Shown here piece by piece: positions 1 to 11,681 of a DNA stretch of 64,000 nt. Source of the stretch: Bacillota bacterium. Its GTDB lineage: Bacteria > Bacillota > Sulfobacillia > JAJZYS01 > JAJZLH01. Position numbers and translations under genes: made by a program. Under the pieces are notes generated by a model. The model saw only the letters and a list, made by a program, of their open reading frames with translations, searched no databases and was not told the origin of the DNA. The DNA is taken from assembly GCA_021850485.1 (NCBI GenBank), contig JAJZLY010000008.1:113305-177304 (forward strand). Reading direction: 5' to 3'. Position 1 is the stretch's first letter. Each line of letters opens with the position of its first letter.

Positions 1-144
<144 letters not shown>

Positions 145-184
145 TCAGTGCACTTCCAGCGACGGCTTCCACCTGACTGGGACT

Positions 185-2094
<1,910 letters not shown>

Positions 2095-2946
2095 TTACTC
2101 TAGAGCAGCTGCTCCGCCGACGATTTCGGCGATCTCACTGGTGATCGCCGCCTGTCTGGCCCGGTTGCGCAACAGCACCAGCGACCGGATCAAATCGCCG
2201 GCGTTGCGGGTGGCGTTGTCCATCGCCAGCATGCGAGCGGCGTGCTCTGCCGCCTTGGCATCGACCAAGGCCGAGTAGATCACGCCGTTCACGTAGGCGG
2301 GCAAAAGCCCTGCCAACACCCGATCCTCGTCCGGCTCAAACAGCGGCGGCACATGACTGGTGGTCGTCTCAGTCTGGGGCGGTATCACCGGCAACAGCCG
2401 CTGCGCCTTGGGCCGAGACAACACCGAGGATACCGATGCCGCCCACACCAGCTCAACCTGATCGACCGTTCCGGCTAAGAAGGCGTCAGTGGCACTTTGG
2501 CCGATCGCCTCCGCCAGCAGGTAGTCCGGGTTGTCGCCAATCGGCGTGAACTCAGCCAAGATCTCGTCCTGGCGGCGGCGAAAGATGTCGCGGCCCTTCT
2601 TGCCGACCGCCACCAAGACGGCCTCAGCGCCCTGGCGCTGGCCCTCGACCAGCCGCATCACGCCTGAGTTGTAGGGTCCGCACAGGCCGCGATCGGATGT
2701 CAGCACAATGTAACCCCGGCGGTGCACCGGGCGTTCGGTCATCAGCGGGTGGTGCAAGCCGGAGGCGCTTTTGGCCAGTTCTTCAAGCACGTCGCGCAGA
2801 GCCTGGGCATACGGCCGGGCCAGGCTGGCCCGCTCCTGAGCGCGCCGTAGCTTGGCCGCTGACACCAGCTTCATGGCCTGGGTCATCTTGCGCGTGCTCT
2901 CGACGCTCTTGATCCGCCGCCGGATGGCCTTGAGGTTTTCTGCCAC
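2095..2946 (-). CDS. atpG: F1F0 ATP synthase gamma subunit
   Basis: TSDRGLCG and RQAAITSEIAEIVGGA motifs. Confidence 0.98.
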   Translation of the reverse strand: MAENLKAIRRRIKSVESTRKMTQAMKLVSAAKLRRAQERASLARPYAQALRDVLEELAKSASGLHHPLMTERPVHRRGYIVLTSDRGLCGPYNSGVMRLVEGQRQGAEAVLVAVGKKGRDIFRRRQDEILAEFTPIGDNPDYLLAEAIGQSATDAFLAGTVDQVELVWAASVSSVLSRPKAQRLLPVIPPQTETTTSHVPPLFEPDEDRVLAGLLPAYVNGVIYSALVDAKAAEHAARMLAMDNATRNAGDLIRSLVLLRNRARQAAITSEIAEIVGGAAALE

Positions 2947-2948
2947 CT

Positions 2949-4457
2949 TTACCCTCCGAAAAGTTTCTTGAACTCGCCGATGGCGGCCGTGAGTGCGGCG
3001 TCTGTGTCCTTGGAGATCTGCTTTTCGGTCCGGATGGCCGCCAAGATCTCCGGCGCAGAGGACTTCAGGTAAGACAAGAGCCCTTCCTCAAACGGCCCCA
3101 CCTGGTCGATGGCCAAGTCGTCGATCAGGCCGCGCGTACCGGCGAAGATCATGGCCACTTGCTCTTCCACCGTCTGCGGCCGGTACTGCGGCTGCTTGAG
3201 CAGCTCCACCATGCGCTGACCTCGGCTCAACAAGCGCTGGGTGGCCCGATCCAGGTCGGAGCCGAACTGGGAAAAAGCCTGCAGTTCCCGATATTGGGCG
3301 AGGTCCAGGCGCAACGAGCCGGCCACCTGACGCATCGCCCTGATCTGGGCGTTGCCGCCGACTCGGGAGACGGACACGCCGACGTTGACCGCTGGCCGAA
3401 CGCCGGCGAAGAAGAGGTCGGTCTCCAGGAAGATCTGACCGTCGGTGATCGAGATCACGTTGGTCGGGATGTAGGCGGCGATGTCGCCAGCTTGCGTCTC
3501 AATGATCGGCAAGGCGGTCAAAGACCCGCCGCCCAGTTCGTCGTTCAACTTGGCGGCCCGCTCCAGCAGGCGGGAGTGCAGGTAAAAGACGTCGCCCGGA
3601 AAGGCCTCGCGACCAGGCGGCCGACGCAACAGCAGGCTCATCGCCCGGTAGGCAACGGCGTGCTTGGACAAATCGTCGTAGATGACCAGTGCGTGCTTGC
3701 CCTGGCGCATGAAGAACTCGCCGATGGCGCACCCGGCGTAAGGTGCCAGGTACTGCAACGACGCCGGCTCGGCGGCGGTGGCGGCCACCACGATGGTGTA
3801 GGCGAGCGCCCCGTTTTCCTCCAAGGTGCGCACCACGCTGGCCACGCTGGAGGCCTTTTGGCCGATGGCCACGTAGATGCAGATCATGTCCTGATCCTTC
3901 TGGTTGATGATGGCGTCTAGCACAATCGCCGTCTTGCCAGTGGAGCGGTCCCCGATGATCAGTTCGCGCTGACCGCGTCCGATCGGGATCATGGAGTCGA
4001 TCGCCTTGATCCCGGTCTGCAACGGCTCGAAAACGCTTTTGCGGTCGATCACGCCCGGCGCCGGAGATTCCAGCGCCCAGGTCGCGGTGGTGGCAATCTC
4101 GCCCTTGCCGTCCAAGGGCTCGCCCAAGGCGTTCACCACCCGGCCGACCAGAGCATCCCCCACCGGGATCTCGGCGATCCGGCCGGTGCGGCGCACCACT
4201 TGGCCCTCTTGGATCTCCTGGTCAGCGCCGAGCAACACCACACCCACACTCGCCTCATCGAGGTTGAGGATCATGCCGACGACGCCGCCCTCGAAGGTCA
4301 CCAATTCTCCGGCCATCGCCTTGGTCAGACCGAACACCTGGGCGATGCCGTCGCCGACCGACAGCACGGTGCCGATCTCCTCCACTTCGGAGGTGAGTTG
4401 GTAGTCCTCGATCTCCCGCTTCAAGATGGCGGTGATCTCTTCTGGGTTTACCTTCAT
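2949..4457 (-). CDS. atpA: F1F0 ATP synthase alpha subunit
   Basis: [29 protein letters not shown]. Confidence 0.99.
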   Translation of the reverse strand: MKVNPEEITAILKREIEDYQLTSEVEEIGTVLSVGDGIAQVFGLTKAMAGELVTFEGGVVGMILNLDEASVGVVLLGADQEIQEGQVVRRTGRIAEIPVGDALVGRVVNALGEPLDGKGEIATTATWALESPAPGVIDRKSVFEPLQTGIKAIDSMIPIGRGQRELIIGDRSTGKTAIVLDAIINQKDQDMICIYVAIGQKASSVASVVRTLEENGALAYTIVVAATAAEPASLQYLAPYAGCAIGEFFMRQGKHALVIYDDLSKHAVAYRAMSLLLRRPPGREAFPGDVFYLHSRLLERAAKLNDELGGGSLTALPIIETQAGDIAAYIPTNVISITDGQIFLETDLFFAGVRPAVNVGVSVSRVGGNAQIRAMRQVAGSLRLDLAQYRELQAFSQFGSDLDRATQRLLSRGQRMVELLKQPQYRPQTVEEQVAMIFAGTRGLIDDLAIDQVGPFEEGLLSYLKSSAPEILAAIRTEKQISKDTDAALTAAIGEFKKLFGG

Positions 4458-4472
4458 GTTCTCTCCCTCACT

Positions 4473-5015
4473 TCAGGCCGGTGTCTTTTCTTCGAGCCGC
4501 TGCCTAAGCTTCGTCAACTGCCAGATCAAGGACTGATCCCACACCCGGTCGGAAAACACCACCCGAAATCCACCCACCACAGCCGGGTTGACCTGCACCT
4601 CGAGTTCCACGGTCTGGCCGCTCTCTTCGCCGATGCGCTGGCTTATCGCCGCCAGCTGTTCGGCACTCAACTCGACGGCTGCCTCCACTCGGGCCCGGAC
4701 CACTCCCGCCAGCTGGTCTGAGAGCCGGCAGAAGGCATCTGCCACCGCCACCACTTGGTCGGACCGCCCTTTGGCCAGCAGTAGCTGGAACATGCGCAAC
4801 AGGTGCGCTGACTCCTCACCGCAGGTGGCAGCGATCACGCGCAGCTTGGCACTGTCAGAAACCCTGGGGTTGAGCAGGGCCCGGGCCAGGGCGTCGCTCG
4901 CCTTCACAGAGGCGCTCAGCTGCGCCATGGCTTGGCGGTAACGCTCTACCTCGGCCGGCTCAAGCCCGTTGAGCAGCGCCTGAGCGTACCGGTCGGCTGC
5001 CGAATTGGCGCTCAC
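4473..5015 (-). CDS. atpH: F1F0 ATP synthase delta subunit
   Basis: RYAQAL N-terminus, VNPAVVGG...D.S C-terminus; lies between atpF and atpA. Confidence 0.93.
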   Translation of the reverse strand: MSANSAADRYAQALLNGLEPAEVERYRQAMAQLSASVKASDALARALLNPRVSDSAKLRVIAATCGEESAHLLRMFQLLLAKGRSDQVVAVADAFCRLSDQLAGVVRARVEAAVELSAEQLAAISQRIGEESGQTVELEVQVNPAVVGGFRVVFSDRVWDQSLIWQLTKLRQRLEEKTPA

Positions 5016-5503
5016 TGATCTTTGCCGCCGTGCAACAGGTGCTCCACCAACCGATGCTGTTCGGCCTGGTCCAGCTTGTGCCGCAGCAGCTTCTCGGTGG
5101 CAGACAGGGCCAGCTCGGCCACCTGGGAACTCACGTCGCGCAAGGCGGCGTCCTTTTCCGCTTGGATCTCTTGGCGGGCCGTCTGGATCAGGCGCTCAGA
5201 CTGTTGGCGGGCCTGGGCCAGGAGTTCTTGGCTCTGACTGGAAGCGGCCTTGCGGGCCTCTTCGAGCAGCCGCTGCCCTTGCTCCCGGCTGGCCTTGAGC
5301 TCGGCCTCCAGTTCCACTCTCAGCGCCTCCGCCTGCTGGCGGTCTTTGGCCGCGGCTTCGATCGTCTCCCCAATTCGCTGCTGGCGCTCGGCCAGGGTAC
5401 GGCGAATCAGCGGCAGGGCAAATGGCAGCCGCGACAGCAAGAACAAAAAGACCAGGAATGAGGCAATCTCGGCGATCAGCGTGGGGAGACCGATGCCCAG
5501 CAT
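5012..5503 (-). CDS. atpF: F1F0 ATP synthase subunit b
   Basis: One N-terminal TM helix followed by a long charged coiled coil; operon position. Confidence 0.95.
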   Translation of the reverse strand: MLGIGLPTLIAEIASFLVFLFLLSRLPFALPLIRRTLAERQQRIGETIEAAAKDRQQAEALRVELEAELKASREQGQRLLEEARKAASSQSQELLAQARQQSERLIQTARQEIQAEKDAALRDVSSQVAELALSATEKLLRHKLDQAEQHRLVEHLLHGGKDQ

Positions 5504-5540
5504 CCGGGACCACCTTTCATCTCAAGGCGTGGCGAAGACC

Positions 5541-5783
5541 CTACTTGGTGCCGAGCAAGACGAATCCCATCACCAGGGCGATGATCGGCAACGCCTCGAT
5601 CAGACCGATGAAGATCAAGGTGCGACCGAACAGGGCACCCCAGGCCTCTGGTTGCCGGGCTGCTCCCTCGATCGTCTTGGAGGTGACGATGCCGTCACCG
5701 ATGGCGGCACCGATGGCGGCACCCCCGAAGGCGATACCTGCACCCAACAGGGCCAGGCCTTGGACGAACGCTGTGGAAGTCAA
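5541..5783 (-). CDS. atpE: F1F0 ATP synthase subunit c (H+-type)
   Basis: Hairpin protein with ARQPE loop and the essential Glu in GLIEAL; no Na+-binding ES/T signature. Confidence 0.97.
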   Translation of the reverse strand: MTSTAFVQGLALLGAGIAFGGAAIGAAIGDGIVTSKTIEGAARQPEAWGALFGRTLIFIGLIEALPIIALVMGFVLLGTK

Positions 5784-5823
5784 AAGTCCACCTCCTCTCG
5801 TCGGCTCAGTGGGAAGGAATCAC

Positions 5824-6537
5824 TCAGTGCTCGCCGACCGCTCCCATGGAACCGGCTACGTACGCCAAGGTGAGCACCATGAAGATGAAGGACTGGATCA
5901 GGTCGATGAAGGTATTGAAGGACAGCGCCAGCGTCTGCACCAGGACCGAGCCGATCAGCCCAACCACCGGGCCTAGTCCTGAGATGGCGACCGGGGCCAG
6001 CTGGATGCCCAAGCCGATCAGAATGGTGCCGGCGAAGATGTTGCCGAAAAGACGCAGGGCCAACGTGGCCGGATTCGACAGCGCCTCCAACAGGTTGATC
6101 GGAAAGAGCAAGGCGAACGGCTTGAAGAAACTGGACAGATGGCCGCCCACGCCCCGGTAGTGGATGCCATAGGCGTGGATCAAGATGAAGACGATCAAGG
6201 CCAGGCCAATGGTGGTGTTGGCGTCGGAGGTGGGGGAGAAGAAGAGCGGGAACAACCCGATCAAGTTGGCCATCAGCACGAACATGAACACGGCCACCAG
6301 CAGGTTGTACAGCCGCTGGCGCTGGTGGTCAGCACTCAGCCGGTCATGCAAGAAGCCGGTCACAAACTCGACGATAAACTCGATCAGGTTTTGCACCGCG
6401 CTGGGCACGTCATCCTTGCGATTGCGCGAGGCCACATAGAATAGGATCAAGATCAAGGCCATAGCCAGCCAGGTCCAGATCAAGGTGGTCGAACGCAGGG
6501 CGATGGGCCCGATCATCCACAGGGGCTGTGGTCCCAT
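5824..6537 (-). CDS. atpB: F1F0 ATP synthase subunit a
   Basis: LALRLFGNIFAG and IQSFIF motifs; start moved to ATG 6537 after AAGGAG RBS. Confidence 0.95.
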   Translation of the reverse strand: MGPQPLWMIGPIALRSTTLIWTWLAMALILILFYVASRNRKDDVPSAVQNLIEFIVEFVTGFLHDRLSADHQRQRLYNLLVAVFMFVLMANLIGLFPLFFSPTSDANTTIGLALIVFILIHAYGIHYRGVGGHLSSFFKPFALLFPINLLEALSNPATLALRLFGNIFAGTILIGLGIQLAPVAISGLGPVVGLIGSVLVQTLALSFNTFIDLIQSFIFMVLTLAYVAGSMGAVGEH

Positions 6538-6541
6538 TCGC

Positions 6542-6898
6542 TCACTCCTTCGCGGGCTGGGCGATGCCAATCCAGGACAAAACCTGGCAGACAAAATAAG
6601 CGATCAAGAAGACAGCGGCGGTACCGATACTGAGGTGGGGGCCGAGCACAATCACGGCGAGGGCGACCAGGGCGAAACGCGACGAGGTGTTGAAGGCCAT
6701 CTGCCAAGCGGAGCGCTTGGGAGGCGTACCTCTCAGGCCGCGCAACCGGATTGCCAGCAGTGCCTGTCCGAGGACACTCACGCCGGCTCCAAGGGTGGCC
6801 GCTTCTGCCTGCGATTGGCCTGTGAGAACATACCACAGGCCCACCGAAAAGAGAACTAACCAAGGGCAGATCTTGATCAGCCGCCTGGAGCGGCTCAC
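6542..6898 (-). CDS. atpI: ATP synthase protein I (AtpI-like membrane protein)
   Basis: About 4 TM segments, directly upstream of atpB. Confidence 0.7.
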   Translation of the reverse strand: MSRSRRLIKICPWLVLFSVGLWYVLTGQSQAEAATLGAGVSVLGQALLAIRLRGLRGTPPKRSAWQMAFNTSSRFALVALAVIVLGPHLSIGTAAVFLIAYFVCQVLSWIGIAQPAKE

Positions 6899-7158
6899 CT
6901 GTCGGGTCCGCTTTGGCGCAAGCCGGTGCGGATGGTGACGACTAGGGCGACCGCCATGCCACCCAAAAGCCCGACCACGGTCAGGATATAGCCGGTGCCA
7001 AGGCGCTGGTCCAGCCAGCGGCCCACAAACAGCCCGCCGACCAGGGCCACGGCCCAGGTCACACCCAGCGACATGCCGCTTGCGCCCAAGCCGCCACCAG
7101 CCGGTCTAGACTTGAAAGCCCCCACCTCCTCAGCTTGGGAGGGTCGTCGCCAGATCAA
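6895..7158 (-). CDS. AtpZ/AtpI-family small membrane protein
   Basis: G.F.GRWLD..LGT motif of atp-operon gene 1 proteins. Confidence 0.8.
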   Translation of the reverse strand: MIWRRPSQAEEVGAFKSRPAGGGLGASGMSLGVTWAVALVGGLFVGRWLDQRLGTGYILTVVGLLGGMAVALVVTIRTGLRQSGPDR

Positions 7159-8303
7159 TTCTGGGGTAGCAATCCGGCTATGGCGGGCGAATAGGGAGCA
7201 GGCGGCGCATCGGTCAAGCCCATGGTATGGGCCAGCCCGGCGACCACCCGGCTGGCCGCCCGACCGTCGCCGTAGGGGTTGATGGCGCTCGCCATCTGCT
7301 GGTAGCGGACAGGGTCGGTGAGGAGCACCTGCACGGCCTGGCGCACCTCTTGCCGGCTCGGATCAACCCGCCACACGGTGCCGGCAGCTACTGCCTCTGG
7401 CCGCTCGGTACGCCGACGCACCAGCACCACTGGCACACCCAGCGCCGGAGCCTCTTCCTGGGCGCCTCCGGAGTCAGTGACCAATAAGGTGGCAGACTCC
7501 AGCAGGGAGATCCACTGGGGGTAGCCCGGCGGTTCGATCATCTGCACGCCGCTTCGCCCAGCGAAGGCCGCCGCCAGTGGAGCCTGGACGTTGGGATTGG
7601 GATGGACCGAGATCACCATGCGCAGCCCCGGTCGACTGGACAGCACCTCGGCCAAGCCCGCAAAGACCTCAGCCAATGGCTCGCCGAAGTTCTCCCGGCG
7701 ATGGCACTCCACCACCACCAGAGGTCGATCCGGTGCGCCCTGCCTGCGCCGGGCGATGGTCAACAAGGTATCAATCGCTGTATTGCCGGTGACATAGATG
7801 TGTTGGTCGGCCACGCCTTCCTTGAGCAGGTTCACCCGGGCCTGGGCCGTGGGGGCGAAGTGGGCCTGGGCCAGCTGCGCCACCAGCCGTCGGTTGGCTT
7901 CCTCTGGGAACGGATTGCTGAGGTCTCCGGTGCGTAGACCAGCCTCCACATGCCCGACTGGGATCTGGCGGTAGAAGGCAGCCAGTGCCCCCACCAACGT
8001 GGTCGAGGTGTCACCGTGGACTAGCAGGGCGTCCGGACATTCTGTGGCAAGTGCCTGGTCCAGTCCGGCCAGGGCGCGCACGGCCAACTCGGCCAGGCTC
8101 TGATCCGGCAACATCACATCCAGGTCGACGTCCGGGCTGAGCTGGAAGTGGTCGAGCACCTGATCTAGAAGGGTGCGGTGCTGGCCGGTGGCGATCAAGC
8201 GCACGGCGAAGCGGTGATCCGCCTTCAGGGCAAGCACCACCGGCACCATCTTGACGGCTTCTGGCCGAGTGCCGATCACCACGGCAACCTTCAGCGCCTT
8301 CAC
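7155..8303 (-). CDS. wecB: UDP-N-acetylglucosamine 2-epimerase (non-hydrolysing)
   Basis: GTRPEAVKM, HVEAGLRT, TDSGGAQEE, NPYGDG. Confidence 0.96.
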   Translation of the reverse strand: MKALKVAVVIGTRPEAVKMVPVVLALKADHRFAVRLIATGQHRTLLDQVLDHFQLSPDVDLDVMLPDQSLAELAVRALAGLDQALATECPDALLVHGDTSTTLVGALAAFYRQIPVGHVEAGLRTGDLSNPFPEEANRRLVAQLAQAHFAPTAQARVNLLKEGVADQHIYVTGNTAIDTLLTIARRRQGAPDRPLVVVECHRRENFGEPLAEVFAGLAEVLSSRPGLRMVISVHPNPNVQAPLAAAFAGRSGVQMIEPPGYPQWISLLESATLLVTDSGGAQEEAPALGVPVVLVRRRTERPEAVAAGTVWRVDPSRQEVRQAVQVLLTDPVRYQQMASAINPYGDGRAASRVVAGLAHTMGLTDAPPAPYSPAIAGLLPQN

Positions 8304-9382
8304 GGATTCAGCTCTTGCGGTCGGTCGGCCGGCGCTTCCTCACTCGGCGTCTGGTGGGGTGCTTCGGGCATGGTGAACAGGCCCCAGCGCCTGGCCATCA
8401 ATCCGGTGGCCACAATCACCAAAAGACCGGTGCCTAAGATCAGCTTCGATGGGAAGCGCACCACCAGCACCGCCAGAGCGCCAAACAGAGCGGTGATCAG
8501 ATACAGGCTGATCACCGCCCGGCGCTGGCCGAAGCCGCGCCCGAGCAGGCGGTGGTGGATATGGTCGCGGTCCGCTTGGCCAATAGGCTGGCCCAGCCGG
8601 ACCCGGCGGACGATCGCAAAGCCGGTATCGAAAATGGGCAGCGCCAAAGCGATCAGCGGGGCTGCCAGGGTGAGGGCAGTGGTGTCCTTGACTGACCCGA
8701 TCACCGCAACCGCGGCCAGAGCAAAGCCCAGCAGCCCGGAGCCGACGTCGCCCATGAAGATCTTGGCTGGCCAGAAATTGTAGATCAAAAACGCCCCAGC
8801 CGCCCCCACCACGGCCAGAGCGATCACCGCCACGGCCGCCTCCTGGCGGATCATCGCCACCATGGTCATGGCCCCAGCCACGATCACGGCGATCCCGCTG
8901 GCCAGACCATCCAAACCGTCGATCAGATTGACGATGTTGATCACCGCCACCACCCAGACCACGGTCAACGGGATGCCCAACCAGCCCAGCTGCACACCGG
9001 CGCCAAAGGCCACAAACGGGTTTGTGAGCAAAGAGACGGCTCCGCCCAAGCCGGCAAACACTGCGCCCGCCACCAGTTGGCCTACGAGCTTGAGCTTCCA
9101 GCTCAGCCCCCAGATGTCGTCGATCAGGCCCACTGCCACGATCACCAATCCACCGGCGAAAAAACCGCCGAGCGGCGTACCGAGCGGGATCGCCAACAGA
9201 GCCGACGTGCCCAAGATGGCGATCGCCATCGGCACGCCGCCCAAAGTTGGCACCGGCTGCGGATGGATGTGCCGGCCGCCGGGAGCCTTCAATAATCCCC
9301 AGCGCCGGCTGAGCACGGCCATGATCGGTGTTGCCACCACAGCGACCACAAAGCTGAGGCCAAAGGCCTCGGCCAGAATCAT
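8300..9382 (-). CDS. tagO: Undecaprenyl-phosphate GlcNAc-1-phosphate transferase (TagO/WecA family)
   Basis: GLIDD, NLIDGLDGLA, IFMGDVG, DRDHIHH; multiple TM segments. Confidence 0.92.
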   Translation of the reverse strand: MILAEAFGLSFVVAVVATPIMAVLSRRWGLLKAPGGRHIHPQPVPTLGGVPMAIAILGTSALLAIPLGTPLGGFFAGGLVIVAVGLIDDIWGLSWKLKLVGQLVAGAVFAGLGGAVSLLTNPFVAFGAGVQLGWLGIPLTVVWVVAVINIVNLIDGLDGLASGIAVIVAGAMTMVAMIRQEAAVAVIALAVVGAAGAFLIYNFWPAKIFMGDVGSGLLGFALAAVAVIGSVKDTTALTLAAPLIALALPIFDTGFAIVRRVRLGQPIGQADRDHIHHRLLGRGFGQRRAVISLYLITALFGALAVLVVRFPSKLILGTGLLVIVATGLMARRWGLFTMPEAPHQTPSEEAPADRPQELNP

Positions 9383-9442
9383 GCGCTGGCCCTCACGGCC
9401 GCCGGGCGCACCGGCAGTCGGGCGGTCGGTCGGGTCAGGCCA

Positions 9443-9778
9443 CTAGCCGTCAAGCGCTGCATCTGCCTCCAGATATCCCTTTCGACGCAACTTGTCGAGG
9501 TGGGCCTGGCGCATCTCGGCCACATCCATACCATAGTCCTTCTCCAACACGAACATCATGGTCACCGCGGTCTGGGCAACGTCCAGCAGTTCGGCGGCCA
9601 CGTGGGTCAAAGCGGCGTCTTCGCTCCAGCGCTGGCGTTCGCCAGAGAGCCCGCGCACCTTGCCGATGGCAGCGCCGAGCTCGCCGGCCTCCTCCATCAA
9701 TTTGAGCGCCGTCGACTCGAGCGTCGGCACCAGTCCATTCAACCGGGGCAGTTCAAGCCCCTTGTGATCCGTCCCCAC
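9443..9778 (-). CDS. MazG-like NTP pyrophosphohydrolase
   Basis: KLMEEAGEL...ELLDV all-alpha NTP-PPase signature. Confidence 0.8.
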   Translation of the reverse strand: MGTDHKGLELPRLNGLVPTLESTALKLMEEAGELGAAIGKVRGLSGERQRWSEDAALTHVAAELLDVAQTAVTMMFVLEKDYGMDVAEMRQAHLDKLRRKGYLEADAALDG

Positions 9779-10259
9779 TGCCTAGGTCAGCCTCCTCCTG
9801 GATCTCATAGCCGCCGTCCGGCCGCGCCTCAGCGCGCAGCAGATGAATACCGGCCTCTTGCAGAATACGAGCCGAGTGCCGGTCCGGATAGGGGGCCAGA
9901 TAGACCACCCGCTCAACCCCAGCCTGGATCATGGCCTTGGCGCAGGTAACACAGGGGAAGTCGGTGGTGTAGACGCTGGCCCCTTTTGAGCTGACACCCT
10001 CCCAGGCGCACTGGATGATGGCGTTGAGCTCGGCATGAACCGCCCGCACACAGTGCCCGTCCTCCATCAAACAGCCCACGTCGTCGCAGTGCGCCGCACC
10101 GCGCACCGCCCCATTGTACCCGGTGGCGATCAGGCGTTGGTTCTTGACCATCGCCGCCCCCACCCGACGGCGCGGGCAGGTGGAGCGACCGGCGACCAAG
10201 CGCGCCATGTCGACATAGTAGTCTTCCCAGCTAGGGCGCCGTCCGCGATTTTCTACCAT
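9753..10259 (-). CDS. dCMP deaminase (ComEB family)
   Basis: RSTC, HAELNA and PCVTC zinc-deaminase motifs. Confidence 0.93.
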   Translation of the reverse strand: MVENRGRRPSWEDYYVDMARLVAGRSTCPRRRVGAAMVKNQRLIATGYNGAVRGAAHCDDVGCLMEDGHCVRAVHAELNAIIQCAWEGVSSKGASVYTTDFPCVTCAKAMIQAGVERVVYLAPYPDRHSARILQEAGIHLLRAEARPDGGYEIQEEADLGSGDGSQGA

Positions 10260-10813
10260 GTCAACTCCCGGGGCCGCTCGTGGGCAGCGCGGTCACCGCC
10301 GATCAGCTTTGGCCGTGCGAAGGCGGCGGTCAACACCGCTACCCCTACCGTCTTCTGAGCCAGGCGCACCGGCGTTGCCACCGGGCGGATGTGCATGCCG
10401 ACCAGTGTTTGTCCGATGTCCAGGCCGCCGTCGGCGCAAACGGCTTCCACCAGCTGCCGGCCGGGGTCGAACAACATGGCGGCACAGGCCACGGCACCAC
10501 CGGCTCCGGGCAGCGGAAAGGCATGCACCTGGGTCAGGGCGGCCGCCTGCACCCGTCCGGCGGTCACCACCAGGGCGCGATTTAAGTGTTCGCAGCACTG
10601 GTACGCCAGCTCTATGCCGCTCTTGGCCGCCCCCTCTTCCAGCGCCGAGACCAATTCCTTGCCTAGCTCCAGAGATGAGGCGGTGCCGATCGGCTGGCCC
10701 GCCACTTCCGAGGTGGAGCAGCCAACCACCACCAGTGCCCCAGGCTCCAATCCGGCCGCCTGCACCAGTTGCGCCAGCGCCTCCTTGGCCTGCTGGCCCA
10801 CGCTCACGGCCAC
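10253..10813 (-). CDS. ywlG: YwlG / TIGR01440-family protein
   Basis: GCSTSEV, QCCEHLNRAL, DIGQTLVGMH, RPKLIGG; syntenic after rpiB. Confidence 0.92.
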   Translation of the reverse strand: MAVSVGQQAKEALAQLVQAAGLEPGALVVVGCSTSEVAGQPIGTASSLELGKELVSALEEGAAKSGIELAYQCCEHLNRALVVTAGRVQAAALTQVHAFPLPGAGGAVACAAMLFDPGRQLVEAVCADGGLDIGQTLVGMHIRPVATPVRLAQKTVGVAVLTAAFARPKLIGGDRAAHERPRELTW

Positions 10814-11679
10814 TTATGCCCTTCCAGGGCACCGATCTCGGCGATGCGTCTAGCGTGACGGCCGCCTTCAAACTCTGTGTGCAAGAACTCACGCAGAGCG
10901 TCTTCTGCGACCACCGGGCCGATCAACCGCTCGCCAAAGCAGATCACATTGGCGTTGTTGTGCGCCCGGGCCAGATGCGCCGAACTGACGTCAAAGACTA
11001 CGGCGGCGCGCACGCCGGGCAGTTTGTTGGCGGCGATCGACATGCCGATGCCGGTGCCGCAGACCAAGAGGCCGACCTGGGCACGACCTTGTCCGACCAG
11101 CGCAGCCACCACTTCAGCGAAGTTCGGATAGTCCACCGAAGTGGCGTCATGGGTGCCGACGTCCAGCACGGGGGTCGGCAGCTGCGCCAACAGGCGGTCT
11201 TTCATCTGGTAGCCGGCGTGGTCGGCTCCGGCGACAGCCTGGTAGCGGGGTCCCACCTGCTGCGTGGCAAGGCCGCTGTCGATCAGTTTGGAGATGTGCG
11301 TCATGGTGGCCTGATAGACCCGGTCGCTGGAGCCAATCGGATCCTCGACGTCCTCGCCGCTACCAGCCCATTCGCCCAGCGTCCGGACCCAGTCCTTGGC
11401 CCAAGGATAGCGCCGGATCAACTCTAGCTTTTGGCCGCGGGTCATGGCCAGCACCCAGTCCGCCCACACCATCCGCTCTACCGACGGCTCTTGGCTCGCA
11501 TGTTCTGGCACGGCCAGGCCTGCCCCGGCCAGTGCCCGCCGGGCTCCCTCTGAGATGGCGGAACCAGCAGTGGCGGCCACACCCGCCGAGTCTGCCTCCA
11601 CCCCTGGGTGGGCCCCAGCCAACGCCTCCGCCATCGGGCTGCGGCAGATGTTGCCGGTACAGACGAACAGTAGTCGCAC
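10804..11679 (-). CDS. rpiB: Fusion of low-molecular-weight protein phosphatase (YwlE-like) and ribose-5-phosphate isomerase B
   Basis: N-half CTGNICRS...DP; C-half ADHAG, CGTGIG, HNNAN, FEGGRH; one continuous ORF. Confidence 0.92.
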   Translation of the reverse strand: MRLLFVCTGNICRSPMAEALAGAHPGVEADSAGVAATAGSAISEGARRALAGAGLAVPEHASQEPSVERMVWADWVLAMTRGQKLELIRRYPWAKDWVRTLGEWAGSGEDVEDPIGSSDRVYQATMTHISKLIDSGLATQQVGPRYQAVAGADHAGYQMKDRLLAQLPTPVLDVGTHDATSVDYPNFAEVVAALVGQGRAQVGLLVCGTGIGMSIAANKLPGVRAAVVFDVSSAHLARAHNNANVICFGERLIGPVVAEDALREFLHTEFEGGRHARRIAEIGALEGHKWP

Positions 11680-11681
11680 GG

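Noticed and set aside
5541-5783. Na+-translocating ATP synthase
   Set aside because: Subunit c lacks the Q...ES/T sodium-binding signature.
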